Of a stretch of DNA of 64,000 nucleotides, positions 1 to 10,201 are shown one piece after another. This stretch comes from Candidatus Latescibacterota bacterium (lineage in GTDB: Bacteria > Latescibacterota > UBA2968), in the NCBI GenBank assembly GCA_965214925.1, contig OZ244028.1:3710058-3774057 (forward strand), read 5' to 3'. The notes beneath the pieces are model-generated. The model made no database searches, was not told where the DNA came from, and worked only from the letters and a program-made list of their open reading frames with translations. A program made the translations under genes and the position numbers. The stretch's first letter is position 1. Every line of letters begins with the position of its first letter.

Positions 1-8
1 GCAGTTCT

Positions 9-1637
9 ATGGTGTTTCCAACCCATGGCATCACACACAGACCCACCGTGACGGGCACGCGCGGCATGGTGGCCTGCGCGCATCCACAAGCCGCGCTATC
101 CGGCGTGCGGATATTGCTCGACGGCGGCAACGCGTTTGACGCTGCGGTCGCTGTTGCTGCCGCGCTCAATGTCGTTGAACCCTATATGTCTGGCATTGCC
201 GGGGTGGGCTATGCGATTGTCTATGACGCGAAAAACGACCGCGTGCGCGTGCTGGATTACTGCGGGCGAACGCCTTATGACGCCCGCGCCGAGTTGTTTG
301 ACAAAGCCACCGACAAAGACGCCGGCCCGCGTTCATGCCTGACGCCGGGCGCGTGTGGCGGTTGGTTGGAACTGTTGAAACACTGCGGCACGATGCCGCC
401 TGCAAAGGTATTTGCACCTGCAATTGAATTGGCAGAGCACGGGTACGCGGTCACCGTGAAGAACAGCGAATCGATGACCCATAATGGCGGGCGGATGAAC
501 GTCAATGCGGCCAAGGTGATTCTATCGCGTGGGCGTCCACCTAGGCCGGGTGAAATCCTGATTCAAAAAGACCTCGCACGCACGTATCAACGGGTCGTTG
601 AAGGAGGTGCCGAGGTCTTTTATCGCGGGGACCTCGCCCGTGAAATCGCGGCATGCGTTCGGGCAGAAGGCGGGTGGTTGTCCGAGCGCGACTTGGCGGA
701 CTTTGAACCCGAATGGGTCGATCCCATCGCCACGACCTATCGGGCCTATGAGGTGTTTTGCCCGCCGCCGCCGAGCGCGGGGTTCCAGATTCTCGAAACC
801 CTCAATATGCTCGAAGGCTACGATCTCGCAGATCTGGGCCACCACTCGGAACAGGCCCTTCACCTGTTCATCGAAGCCGTGAAATTGGGCAATGCCGATC
901 GGATAGAATACGCGGCAGCCGCGCAGGCACCGGTTGAAGGGTTGTTGGCGAAGGGCTATGCCGCAGAACGCCGCAAGTTGATTGGCGAGCGAGCAGGTGT
1001 GCATCGAGGTGAGTGGTATCCCGCGACAAAATTACCGCGCGAAATTGAACCGGGTGACCCCACGGCATGGCTCAACGAATGCACCACGCATTTCGATGTG
1101 GTCGATGCCGATGGCAATGCCGTCGCAATCACGCAGAGTTTGGGATCGGGTTTTGGGTCGGGGATGATCATGGGCGATACGGGCATGTTTTTGAACAATT
1201 TCATTCGCTGGGGCGATCTCGTTCCCGACAGCCCAAACTGCATTGCGCCGCACAAAAAACTGGACATGTGCCTGTCGCCGCTCTTGGTTTTTCGGGATGG
1301 CGCGCTCTTTTCCGCGCTGGGCACGCCGGGCAGTTGGGGCATTCAACAAACGTCAGTGCAATTTTTGACCAACGTGCTGGATTACGGCATGAATATACAG
1401 GCGGCGATTGAAGCACCCCGATTCCGCATTGAAGGTGCCGGAACGCAGGTATCCATTGAAAGGCGAGTGCCGCGCCCTGTTCGCCGCGCGCTGATGGCTC
1501 GCGGGCACGGCGTGAAGGTGCTGCCCGAATACTCGCCCGTTTGCGGAGGCGCGCAGGGCATTGTGGTCAACGCGAAAACGCGCGCGCGAATGGGCGGTGC
1601 AGATCCGAGGCGCGATGGATATGCAATCGGAATTTAA
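9..1637 (+). CDS. ggt: gamma-glutamyltransferase (Ntn-hydrolase) family protein, paralogue 1
   Basis: 542-aa ORF. The N-terminal 'GTRGMVACAHPQAALSGVRILLDGGNAFDAAVA' and the catalytic-Thr context 'NECTTHFDVVDADGNAVAITQSLGSGFGSG' are classic GGT signatures. Confidence 0.9.
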   Translation: MVFPTHGITHRPTVTGTRGMVACAHPQAALSGVRILLDGGNAFDAAVAVAAALNVVEPYMSGIAGVGYAIVYDAKNDRVRVLDYCGRTPYDARAELFDKATDKDAGPRSCLTPGACGGWLELLKHCGTMPPAKVFAPAIELAEHGYAVTVKNSESMTHNGGRMNVNAAKVILSRGRPPRPGEILIQKDLARTYQRVVEGGAEVFYRGDLAREIAACVRAEGGWLSERDLADFEPEWVDPIATTYRAYEVFCPPPPSAGFQILETLNMLEGYDLADLGHHSEQALHLFIEAVKLGNADRIEYAAAAQAPVEGLLAKGYAAERRKLIGERAGVHRGEWYPATKLPREIEPGDPTAWLNECTTHFDVVDADGNAVAITQSLGSGFGSGMIMGDTGMFLNNFIRWGDLVPDSPNCIAPHKKLDMCLSPLLVFRDGALFSALGTPGSWGIQQTSVQFLTNVLDYGMNIQAAIEAPRFRIEGAGTQVSIERRVPRPVRRALMARGHGVKVLPEYSPVCGGAQGIVVNAKTRARMGGADPRRDGYAIGI

Positions 1638-1759
1638 TATGCGAATCAATGGCGCGGTGTACCTGTCTCGTAGGGACAACCACAGGGGTTGTCCTATTCC
1701 CCATAGTTATTTCGCAAACGAAAACGCGCGCGAATCGCGTTTTGTATTGAGGAAGAGAA

Positions 1760-2953
1760 ATGGCAGATTCATTTGACCTTGCGGTTGAGCAGATCACCTA
1801 TGGCCCCAAACACCACTTTTTTGGTTACATCGGGCAATCGCAGACCATTCCCTGGAATCAAAGTGGTCGCTATATTGTCGCGTTGCGGGCCGATTTTCAA
1901 GATCACATGCCCGGCCCGAGAGAGGCAGCGGATGTGATCCTGATCGACACCGAGAATGACTATGCCATCCAAGTGGTCGATCAGTCGCAGGGGTGGAATC
2001 CGCAGCAAGGCACGATGTTTTATTGGAATCCCGAATCGCCGGACACGCAATTTTTTTTTAATGATCGCGATCCGGAGACGCAGAAGGTTTTTACGGTGCT
2101 ATTCGATATTTCCAAGAAAAAAAGAATCCGCGAGTATCGGTATGGGGATACACCGGTTGGCAACAGTGGTGTGGCGCAAAATGGCGGCTATTTTCTCGGA
2201 TTAAATTACGCGCGCATGGCGCGTCTGCGCTTGGTGACGGGATATCTCGGTGCTGCGGACTGGACCGAACGCATCGCCCATCCCGAAGACGATGGGATTT
2301 TCAAAGTCCACGTGAAGACTGGAGAGAAAGCGTTAATTGTGTCTTTTGCCCAACTGAGAGATGCTCTGCGAGACGACTATCCGGGGGTTGAAGACAAGCC
2401 GATGTTTATCAACCACACCCTGTGGAATCGCGACGATGATCGGATTTATTTTTTTGCGAGGGGCAAATTCAACGCGCGCGGCAGTCGGCTCAATGTGCCG
2501 TTTACAATGAACCCCGATGGCAGTGACCTGACCATCCAGCGCGTCTTTATTGGCGGTCATCCCGAATGGTTAGAAGGCCACGAGATACTCGGTCATCATG
2601 CCGATGATCTGGTGGTGTACGATACCGACCAGCAGAAAATTGTGCGTACCCTGGGGGATCGGTCTGTTTTTTTAGACCCCGGCGGAGACAACGCGTTTTC
2701 GCCGGACGGGAAGTGGATCGTCAATGGATCGGGGCCAAAACGCGGCACCGTGTACGTGATGTATCGCATGCGCGACGGGGCCTGGGCGCGAACCGCGCGA
2801 TACGATCAGCGGGAATGGATATCGGGAGATTTGAGAAGCGATCCCGCGCCCTGCTGGAATCGCACCAGTGATCAAGTGCTTTTTCCATCGATTTCCAGCG
2901 ATGGGACGCGCCAATTGTTTGTGATGACCCGGCAAGAGGAAAGGACGGGATGA
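1760..2953 (+). CDS. hypothetical protein, possibly beta-propeller fold
   Basis: 397-aa uninterrupted ORF. A 4-nt ATGA overlap with the downstream ROK kinase gene suggests one operon. No catalytic motif recognised. Confidence 0.6.
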   Translation: MADSFDLAVEQITYGPKHHFFGYIGQSQTIPWNQSGRYIVALRADFQDHMPGPREAADVILIDTENDYAIQVVDQSQGWNPQQGTMFYWNPESPDTQFFFNDRDPETQKVFTVLFDISKKKRIREYRYGDTPVGNSGVAQNGGYFLGLNYARMARLRLVTGYLGAADWTERIAHPEDDGIFKVHVKTGEKALIVSFAQLRDALRDDYPGVEDKPMFINHTLWNRDDDRIYFFARGKFNARGSRLNVPFTMNPDGSDLTIQRVFIGGHPEWLEGHEILGHHADDLVVYDTDQQKIVRTLGDRSVFLDPGGDNAFSPDGKWIVNGSGPKRGTVYVMYRMRDGAWARTARYDQREWISGDLRSDPAPCWNRTSDQVLFPSISSDGTRQLFVMTRQEERTG

Positions 2954-3972
2954 AAAAAAGCAAAGCGCGCTGTTTTGCGGGTTTGGACATCGGTGGGACG
3001 AGTGTAAAATCCATTCTCGTGGATGCCTCTGGCAATCCATTGGGCGAGATGGTGGAAGTGCCCAGCCGCGTCAAAGAAGGGTATGAGGAGACGTTTGACC
3101 AACTCGAGAAAGCCCTGTTTTTGTTGACGGATCGGGCGGGCAGGCAACAGACGGATATCGCGGGGATCGGGCTGGATGTTCCCGCGCCGAGCAGTGGCGG
3201 CGTGATCCGCGTGCAGGCCAACCTCGGCGCCGATTGGGTGGGCACGAATATCCGCGACGCATTTTCCGCGCGCGCGGGTGTGCCCGTGTATATGACAAAT
3301 GACGGCAATGCCGCGGCCGCGGGCGAATACGCCGCTCGACCAGACATCGATGCGGGCCTGCTGCTCGTCGCGCCCGGCACGGGCCTAGGAGGTGGGTTGG
3401 TCCTGCCCGGGGGACAGATTTATGAAGGATCAAACGGTCTGGCGCTGGAAGTGGGGCATGCGTCGGTGCCGTTCCGCGAAGCCGACGGGAAATTGCCCAA
3501 TTGCTCGTGTGGTCTGAAGGGTTGCGCGGAAGCCTGGGTGTCGCTGATGGCCTTGCGGCGAAGGCTCGGCATGGAATTGGCAAAGGACAAATGGCGAGCG
3601 CACGCGCTGAATGCCCATTCCGGCCCCATAGAAGAAAAGGCGTATCAACTCCGCGATTACGCGGAAAAAGGCGATCCCCTCGCGGTGTCGCTTTTCAAAG
3701 CGCAGGCATTCGTTCTCGGCTATGCCATCGCCGATTGGGTGCGACTATTTGATCCGGGTCTCGTGGTGATAGGCGGGGGCCTTGCCGAAACGTCTTTTCG
3801 CGATCGGTATATGGCGTGGATAATTGAGGGGTTTGAAGATGGATCGTGGCCGATCTACCTCAAAAATCCCTTTGATGCCCAGGCCATTTCAACGCGGTTT
3901 GAATGGGCGCGTAGGGGAGATTCCGCCGCGGCATTGGGCATGGCTTTTGTCGCGGGTGAGGTTTTTGGATAG
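2950..3972 (+). CDS. ROK family sugar kinase (glucokinase-like)
   Basis: N-terminal ATP-binding 'GLDIGGTSVK' and the ROK zinc motif 'CSCGLKGCAEAW', with 'GGGL' near the C-terminus. Confidence 0.85.
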   Translation: MKKSKARCFAGLDIGGTSVKSILVDASGNPLGEMVEVPSRVKEGYEETFDQLEKALFLLTDRAGRQQTDIAGIGLDVPAPSSGGVIRVQANLGADWVGTNIRDAFSARAGVPVYMTNDGNAAAAGEYAARPDIDAGLLLVAPGTGLGGGLVLPGGQIYEGSNGLALEVGHASVPFREADGKLPNCSCGLKGCAEAWVSLMALRRRLGMELAKDKWRAHALNAHSGPIEEKAYQLRDYAEKGDPLAVSLFKAQAFVLGYAIADWVRLFDPGLVVIGGGLAETSFRDRYMAWIIEGFEDGSWPIYLKNPFDAQAISTRFEWARRGDSAAALGMAFVAGEVFG

Positions 3973-4217
3973 AGAGATACGAAGGGCGAGAACATTGGGA
4001 CGCGGCACTGGGTTTCGGTTTGGTTTTGCGATGCATTTGTATTTGGTGCCGGTTTTTGACTGGCATGTTATTGTGCATCAATTGGCAAGGTGAGCAGCAA
4101 ACCCAATGGAATACAAACAACCAATAGGATGTTTTTCACAATTCACACCGTTTCAAAAGTGGACATGTGAATTTGCGTATGACAAATATACGCCCTTTTT
4201 AATTTCTGTGAAAATAT

Positions 4218-4255
4218 AAGCCCGACCTGTCTCCTCGACGGGTCGGGCTTTTTTT
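4218..4255. terminator. GC-rich hairpin with flanking A/T runs (probable bidirectional rho-independent terminator)
   Basis: 'aagcccgacc' ... 'ggtcgggctt' forms a 10-bp stem followed by TTTTTTT on the plus strand and preceded by an A/T-rich run. It lies between convergent genes. Confidence 0.6.
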
Positions 4256-4293
4256 AGGGCCTGTCGCCAGTTCGTGATTCGCGCTGTCACCTG

Positions 4294-4839
4294 TCAAAAA
4301 AAGAATTTGAGGCCCGCATAGACCCGGTCTATGTCCGTCGTGCGATTGTCGGAAAAGATGAAGTCGTGTTTGTAATCAAGTCCGATGCGAACCCTTTCGT
4401 GCAAGATGATGTCGATACCCGCTCCGGGGGCCAAACCAAAGTTGTGGTCGCCCTGTTTTGGCGCGTACAGTCCGGCGTTGAGCGAGACGTGGTACACAAA
4501 GGGATCAAACGCATAGGCAAAGCGCGAGCCCAGGCTAATGATGGATATGTCGCGATCGGAAAGATAGGCATATCCCGCCTGAATGCCGAGCCACTGGTCC
4601 ATTTCGACGCCGAGTTCCACACCGTAGAGAAAACCCGTGCGTACATTGTTGAAGGCCGTGTTGTCGAAAAAACCAGAGCCAAAGGCCGTGTTGAGATAGA
4701 CGCGGTTGCGCTCGCCTCCAAAGGGATACCCCCCTTTGCCAAATTCGCTTTCTTCCGCGCCATCGGTGCGCCCCGTTTGCGCGCCGGCCCCGCCCCCCAA
4801 AAGCAGGGCGATTGCGAGTGTGAAGAACAGGTGTTTCAT
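4294..4839 (-). CDS. outer-membrane beta-barrel protein (OmpA-like/OmpW-like small porin family)
   Basis: Signal peptide 'MKHLFFTLAIALLLGGGAGAQ', alternating hydrophobic beta-strand pattern, and a C-terminal 'YAGLKFFF' aromatic terminus typical of OM barrels. Confidence 0.7.
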   Translation of the reverse strand: MKHLFFTLAIALLLGGGAGAQTGRTDGAEESEFGKGGYPFGGERNRVYLNTAFGSGFFDNTAFNNVRTGFLYGVELGVEMDQWLGIQAGYAYLSDRDISIISLGSRFAYAFDPFVYHVSLNAGLYAPKQGDHNFGLAPGAGIDIILHERVRIGLDYKHDFIFSDNRTTDIDRVYAGLKFFF

Positions 4840-4933
4840 GGTTTTGCTCCTTTGTAAGTGGTCAGTGGTCAGCTATCAGCCCGCCAAGAACACCGTGTAC
4901 CCCGCGCCACTTTGCACGCTACACCCTACGGCG

Positions 4934-5521
4934 TTACAATCCAATGCTTCGCTTTTTGTAGGCTTTGCGGATTTCTTTTTCATCGGTCCATACAATTTCC
5001 GACGTGCCCAGATCCGTCAGTTGGAAAGTAGCTTTGTAATAAACGAGTTTGTCTTTGCCCACTTCCTGCACATTGGCGCTGAGTGTGCCCGTCAAGATCA
5101 GGTCTGAGCCGGTCTGTTTGCCCGGTGCTTTGGCCTGTGTCGGATCCACGTAGCCAGACTGCTGATAGTCGTATTCCACGGCGATGTCTTTGCGATTGGT
5201 AACATCGACAAAGCGCACTTTGCCGCTCTGGATCAATGCAGTTTTGATTTTGTCAGAGAGTGCGACCATGTCAATGTGCTCAGTGGTGCGATTGCGCATT
5301 TTGCCGAGCATGATGGCTGGTTGCTCCCTGTTCAACGGCGCTTCGAGAATCGAATTGACGACTTTCTTGGCAATGAGTTGCATGTCGTTTTCGTTGAAGC
5401 GATCGTCGAGCAGGGCGATGGTTTTGGGATCCTCATAAGTCCCTTTTGTAAACGCTCTAGGGCCAACGCATCCCGTTGTGATACCGAGAAGAACAATTGC
5501 GGTCCAAGTGATGAATTTCAT
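4934..5521 (-). CDS. lpoB: LpoB/YcfM-family lipoprotein (penicillin-binding protein activator-like)
   Basis: Lipobox 'LLGITTGC'. The body 'QLIAKKVVNSIL...GKMRNRTTEHID...LILTGTLS...YYKATFQLTDLGTSEIVW' resembles COG3417/LpoB family proteins. Confidence 0.65.
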   Translation of the reverse strand: MKFITWTAIVLLGITTGCVGPRAFTKGTYEDPKTIALLDDRFNENDMQLIAKKVVNSILEAPLNREQPAIMLGKMRNRTTEHIDMVALSDKIKTALIQSGKVRFVDVTNRKDIAVEYDYQQSGYVDPTQAKAPGKQTGSDLILTGTLSANVQEVGKDKLVYYKATFQLTDLGTSEIVWTDEKEIRKAYKKRSIGL

Positions 5522-5641
5522 GGCTTATCTCCTTGTTGTTGTGAAAGACGAGCGGGGAGTCAGTTGTCTGTCCCCTCCCATCCGCCCATATCGAGTCAAA
5601 ATATGAGACGTCCGCTTAACGCTATCTCAATGCCTTGCGTC

Positions 5642-6457
5642 TCACCGCCACTCGCATTCCAGGTGCGCGTCCATCATGTGCCATTTATCCGGCAACATCA
5701 CATCCTGTTTGTAGCGAACATACGCGCGGCAGTCTTGAATCGGTGAACTGACCGGGTAAGTCAAGTCATAAGTCTGAACGCGGGCGAGGTCTATTTTGGG
5801 TATCTCGTCGATTTGACGTATTCCCGGGCGTGAGGACGTGAAAATCCGGACGGTTTTGGCTCCGTGTGTTTTAAGGGGGACAGTTCCCGAGAAGGTGACG
5901 CGTCGGATTTTTCGCGGGAGCAAGGGGTCCGTGACATCGATCAAGGCGTCCTGTTGCCACTGCCCAGAAAGGACCGTGTTCAAATCAGCCGTGAAGACGC
6001 GCTGGATCTCGCCATCGGGAATGATCACGTAGAGAAACCGATGGCGCGCGGTTTGCGAACTGCCGTCAAAGGTGAGGTAAACCGTGAGGGTGAGCGATTG
6101 ATTGGGCGCGAGCGCGTGTTTGGAGATGGCCTGTATCACCACGGGTGCAAGACCGGCTTTTTTGAGCGCGATCAGCCCCTCGGCAGACGCATCGCCCGCG
6201 TACCGTCGCTCGGCAACCATAAGCGCGATTTGCTCGGGTGCAAAGTCATTTTCGACCAATTGCAACAGGTCCTCACGGGTGAAGGGATGCTGTTCAGACC
6301 GTTCATAAACAGGGGGCAATTCCCCGCCGTCCCATTCGACGAGATTGACGACAACGCCCCGCGTAGGCGGCAAGTCTGATTTCGCCGCGCGTGCCATCGA
6401 AACCGCCAGCAAACTCAAAAAGACCACCAGCAAGAGGTTCTGATGTGAAAATTTCAT
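5642..6457 (-). CDS. secreted hypothetical protein
   Basis: Start chosen at the internal ATG preceded by a strong SD (AAGGAGGA). The signal peptide is 'MKFSHQNLLLVVFLSLLAVSMARA'. Part of the lipoprotein cluster. Confidence 0.65.
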   Translation of the reverse strand: MKFSHQNLLLVVFLSLLAVSMARAAKSDLPPTRGVVVNLVEWDGGELPPVYERSEQHPFTREDLLQLVENDFAPEQIALMVAERRYAGDASAEGLIALKKAGLAPVVIQAISKHALAPNQSLTLTVYLTFDGSSQTARHRFLYVIIPDGEIQRVFTADLNTVLSGQWQQDALIDVTDPLLPRKIRRVTFSGTVPLKTHGAKTVRIFTSSRPGIRQIDEIPKIDLARVQTYDLTYPVSSPIQDCRAYVRYKQDVMLPDKWHMMDAHLECEWR

Positions 6458-6551
6458 GCGTTCCTCCTTGTGGATTGAGATGGGATGAAAACACGCAGTC
6501 AGAAACTTGATCAAGTGTAGCATATTATAGCGACTCAGAATACGTATTTTT

Positions 6552-6956
6552 TCATTCTACGGGAAGTTCAGCATTAATAAGGTATATATATAGTATCAAA
6601 GTCAGACTGACAATCACCCCGCCGATAATCATGAGCGTTTTCGCATTGGCAGATATCTCTTTTTTCGGTAATACCGGTGCAACATAATTAATGTTCAAGA
6701 TATCAGCGTGCTGGAAAGTGAATTTTTTGCCACTGTGAGTATATCGCGTTTTGATTACGGTCAAAGTTTCTGACCCAACTTCCCAAATGACACATTCAAA
6801 GACTCTCTCTTGAAATGGCACGTCCGTTTCTTCTCGGATTTTTATTTTCGCCTGCATACCCTTTTTGAGTCTTTGCAATGCGTCCTTCGGATTCTGACTT
6901 TGCGTGCCATCAGCAGTGATTAGGAATCGCTGTGCGGCGCATCCGATTGTCTGCAT
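6552..6956 (-). CDS. hypothetical protein with C-terminal transmembrane helix
   Basis: 134-aa ORF with a C-terminal TM segment 'TLMIIGGVIVSLTLILYIYLI'. It lies between two lipoprotein genes on the same strand. No homology recognised. Confidence 0.45.
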   Translation of the reverse strand: MQTIGCAAQRFLITADGTQSQNPKDALQRLKKGMQAKIKIREETDVPFQERVFECVIWEVGSETLTVIKTRYTHSGKKFTFQHADILNINYVAPVLPKKEISANAKTLMIIGGVIVSLTLILYIYLINAELPVE

Positions 6957-7039
6957 CCCCCAATGCCATGCTCAGGACAATATTCATTGCGCGTATAATT
7001 GTCATCTCCACAATCTGTTCTTCCACAGGGGCCGCGCCT

Positions 7040-8404
7040 CTACTGATAGATCCTGTGATTCAAAAATGTGCGTTGACCTGGCGCGATTTCGACATTGCTC
7101 ATAGTTTCGGTTTCGATAACACGACTGTTGGCGTCGAGTGCTTCGAGTGTGATGGTGTGAATGCCCGGCGGCAATTCAAGACGGCCGATTTGAATGTTGT
7201 GGGGCAATGAGACCCAACTGCGCGTGTCCGCGATTTCGGTTGAGACATTGAACAGATTGGTGAAAAAACCGAGCACTTTGTTTTCTTTTTTTGCCGTGCG
7301 GTAAACCAGGTATTTGGCAAATCCTCGGGCAATCGTTCTGACCATAATCCTCGGGTAGTGATCCGCAAGCGATGCGTTTGCAATCGCGGCGTAGTTTTGA
7401 GCGGCCTGCGCCTGAACGGTACGGTCTCCTGCGCGGATGCGAATGCGCTGCGTGCGCGGGGCAAGGGCCTCGTATTTGGGAAGGGCGACGCGCAACCAAT
7501 ACTCAACATCGCCAGTCGGATGTGCATGGCGATGGCGATGCGATATGTCGGTGGCGACAGAAGAAACTTTGTCGCGCTTGCTGCGCTCGATGTCCGCTTC
7601 GTAAATGGGCAGATCAATTTCCTCCTGCACCTTGCGAGGAATAAAACCGATTTCCAAAAAAATCACGAGTTCGCCATTTCCCGCAGGCTGTACAAAAGGC
7701 GGGATATTGAGCGAGGCAAGACGCATGTCCTTTCCCGATCCGTTGAGCACGCCGGCCATGTGTTCGAGGTCTTTTGCAATGGTTTGCGGCGGGGCGAGAT
7801 GGAATATTTTTTGGTAGTGCGAATACGCGTCTTGCGCGTGTTGATAGGAAACATACGCGTCGTTGAGTTCCCCAGTGGCTTCGTAAAATAGGCCGGTAAT
7901 GTAGTGGATGAAGGCATCATTTTTGTAACTCGCTTGCCCATTGTGAATGGCGTATTTGTCGAGCTTCAAATTGGCTTTGCGGCATTCGACCAGTGCGTCT
8001 TCCGGGAGGCCCAGATACCAGTAATTCAGTGCCCGATAGTAGTGAACGGCAACCATTTCAAAACTGTCGCCCCGGTAGTGGCGTATAGCGTCGTTGGTCA
8101 CAAGTGCCGCTGCCTCTCGGGAAACAGAGCGGGTATAGAGTTGATCCGCCAGTCGCTCTGCGGCGGCAAAATACCGGTTAGAGGTCTCGTACTGCCCCTC
8201 ATAGTGGGTGAGCAGGCCATTTTCGAGAAAATAGAGCAACCGATTGCCCCTTTTGTTCGCCTTTCCAATTTTTGCACGGGCATCTTCATAATTGCGCGCG
8301 CGAAGGCTCGTGCGAAAGTCGCCCGAAAAGTGGGAATAGGTGGTGCAGCCGGAGAGTGACATGCCCAGCAGAAGCAATATGTAAAAGACGGGTTTCACTG
8401 GCAT
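7040..8404 (-). CDS. large lipoprotein, helical-repeat (TPR-like), COG3014-like
   Basis: Lipoprotein signal 'MPVKPVFYILLLLGMSLSGC' begins at the internal ATG; the ORF could extend to 8455. The N-terminal half is helical-repeat rich, and the gene clusters with the LpoB-like gene. Confidence 0.65.
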   Translation of the reverse strand: MPVKPVFYILLLLGMSLSGCTTYSHFSGDFRTSLRARNYEDARAKIGKANKRGNRLLYFLENGLLTHYEGQYETSNRYFAAAERLADQLYTRSVSREAAALVTNDAIRHYRGDSFEMVAVHYYRALNYWYLGLPEDALVECRKANLKLDKYAIHNGQASYKNDAFIHYITGLFYEATGELNDAYVSYQHAQDAYSHYQKIFHLAPPQTIAKDLEHMAGVLNGSGKDMRLASLNIPPFVQPAGNGELVIFLEIGFIPRKVQEEIDLPIYEADIERSKRDKVSSVATDISHRHRHAHPTGDVEYWLRVALPKYEALAPRTQRIRIRAGDRTVQAQAAQNYAAIANASLADHYPRIMVRTIARGFAKYLVYRTAKKENKVLGFFTNLFNVSTEIADTRSWVSLPHNIQIGRLELPPGIHTITLEALDANSRVIETETMSNVEIAPGQRTFLNHRIYQ

Positions 8405-8911
8405 TTTTCCATTGAAATTTTTGGACACTGTAATACTTTGCAAAAGGCGTGCCATTGTGTTTAATTTTTTAACTTATTGAATTATATGTGGATATGATCA
8501 GATCATAAAAATGGAAATGCGTGACAATTTTGCACAGGTGTGAATTTTAACAACAGTAAAAGGCGAGCGTGAAACGCAGGACGGGCACCCATCGTCAGCA
8601 GAACGAGCACCTTTTACGCTGAACATGTCGAAGCGCACTGCCTTAGGGTGGATGGGAGGGGACGCGGAGCACAACAATAGTAAAGCTGATAGCTCAAAAT
8701 TAGCCCATTTTGAGCCATGATTCAAGGCGGCGAATCTACGCAACGGGGTACAACCCGGCATGGTGCCAAGCTAGGCTGCGCCAGCCCTATCTGTTGACAG
8801 ACAGGCCCGCGCGCCTATTCGCACGACCTTCACAAAGCCAAAATTTTCAATGGCGGGGTATATGATCGATGTTCTCGCTTTTGACGGCAACGCGCTGGAT
8901 CAAAAAAACGA

Positions 8912-8981
8912 GGTATTTATTTGCTTAAACGCCTCGGTGGGGCCAAAGGTTCGTTGTACAAATAAAACCTCGTCCGAAAAT
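8912..8981 (-). terminator. probable rho-independent terminator downstream of metK
   Basis: On the minus strand, 'cgaggttttatttg' ... 'caaataaatacctcg' forms a long hairpin followed by TTTTTTT. Confidence 0.5.
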
Positions 8982-9002
8982 ATTGAAATCCCGATGCTTA
9001 GA

Positions 9003-10157
9003 TTACAGCCCAGCGGCTTTCTTTAGTGCATCGGCTTTACAGGTCTGTTCCCAGGTAAATTCTCTGCGGCCAAAGTGACCATAAGCGGCTGTGGAACGGT
9101 ATATGGGTCTGGTCAATTTGAGTGCTGCAATAATGCCAGATGGCTTCAGATCAAAATGCGCGTGGATCAGCTCGACAATTTTCGATTCCTCTATTTTGCC
9201 CGTGCCAAATGTATCAATGGCAACCGAAACGGGTTTTGCCACCCCGATGGCATAGGCCAGTTGCACTTCGCATCGAGATGCGAGGCCCGCCTCGACGACA
9301 TTTTTTGCCACCCAACGCGCGGCGTAATGCGCGCTGCGGTCCACCTTGGTCGGATCTTTGCCGGAAAACGCGCCCCCGCCGTGACGCCCCATGCCGCCGT
9401 ACGTATCCACAATAATTTTTCGCCCAGTCAATCCGCAATCGCCGTGGGGCCCGCCCACCACAAATTTGCCGGTTGGATTGACGTGATAAATCGTCTTTTC
9501 GTCCAAAAGATCCGTGGGCACGACCTCGCGGATCACTTTCTTTTGAATATCCCGCGCAATCCGTTCGTGACATACGTTCTCATCGTGCTGCGTTGAAACC
9601 ACTACCGTGTGTACGCGAAGCGGTTTGTCCCCTTTGTATTCTACGGTCACTTGTGCTTTGCCATCGGGTCGCAAATACGGAAGCCCTTTGTTTTTGCGAA
9701 TTTGCGCGAGTTCTGCCACCAGTTTGTGAGACAGGGTAATGGGCAATGGCATCAACTCTGACGTTTCCCTGCACGCATATCCAAACATCATCCCTTGATC
9801 GCCCGCGCCCTGCTCCGCGTGCAACCCCTCACCTTCCGTGACTCCCCGCGAAATATCGGGCGATTGCCGATCTAATTTCACCATCACCTCACAGCTTTTG
9901 TAATCAAATCCACAGCGCGAATCCGTATATCCAATGTCTTTGATCACGCCGCGCACCAGCGACTGGATATCCACGTTGGCCTTACTCGTCACTTCTCCGG
10001 CGATCACCACGAGCCCGGTTGTCACCAGCGTTTCACAAGCCACTCTCGATTTGGAATCTTGCGCCAACATGGCATCGAGCACGGCATCCGAAATTTGATC
10101 TGCCACCTTATCTGGATGCCCTTCAGAAACGGATTCCGAAGTAAACAAACGCCCCAT
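9003..10157 (-). CDS. metK: S-adenosylmethionine synthetase
   Basis: '[26 protein letters not shown]', '[12 protein letters not shown]' and '[16 protein letters not shown]'. The start is set at the ATG 8 nt after an AAGGAG SD. Confidence 0.97.
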   Translation of the reverse strand: MGRLFTSESVSEGHPDKVADQISDAVLDAMLAQDSKSRVACETLVTTGLVVIAGEVTSKANVDIQSLVRGVIKDIGYTDSRCGFDYKSCEVMVKLDRQSPDISRGVTEGEGLHAEQGAGDQGMMFGYACRETSELMPLPITLSHKLVAELAQIRKNKGLPYLRPDGKAQVTVEYKGDKPLRVHTVVVSTQHDENVCHERIARDIQKKVIREVVPTDLLDEKTIYHVNPTGKFVVGGPHGDCGLTGRKIIVDTYGGMGRHGGGAFSGKDPTKVDRSAHYAARWVAKNVVEAGLASRCEVQLAYAIGVAKPVSVAIDTFGTGKIEESKIVELIHAHFDLKPSGIIAALKLTRPIYRSTAAYGHFGRREFTWEQTCKADALKKAAGL

Positions 10158-10201
10158 AAAAGCCACTCCTTTCAAACAACCAGAACAAGCCGCACCTCGG
10201 C

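Noticed and set aside
8560-8830. tmRNA, RNase P RNA or 6S RNA in the spacer downstream of metK
   Set aside because: Neither strand has a 'GGGGCUGA...' 5' end or tag ORF ending in Ala-Ala (tmRNA). Neither has a 'GAGGAAAGUCC' or 'ACAGAACCCGGCUUA' block (RNase P). The partial resemblances ('acaacccggca', 'ggtgccaag') are in the wrong order.
10158-10201. SAM riboswitch upstream of metK
   Set aside because: Only about 44 nt separate the metK start from the ptsI stop, and most of that is the SD region. This is far too short for any SAM riboswitch class.
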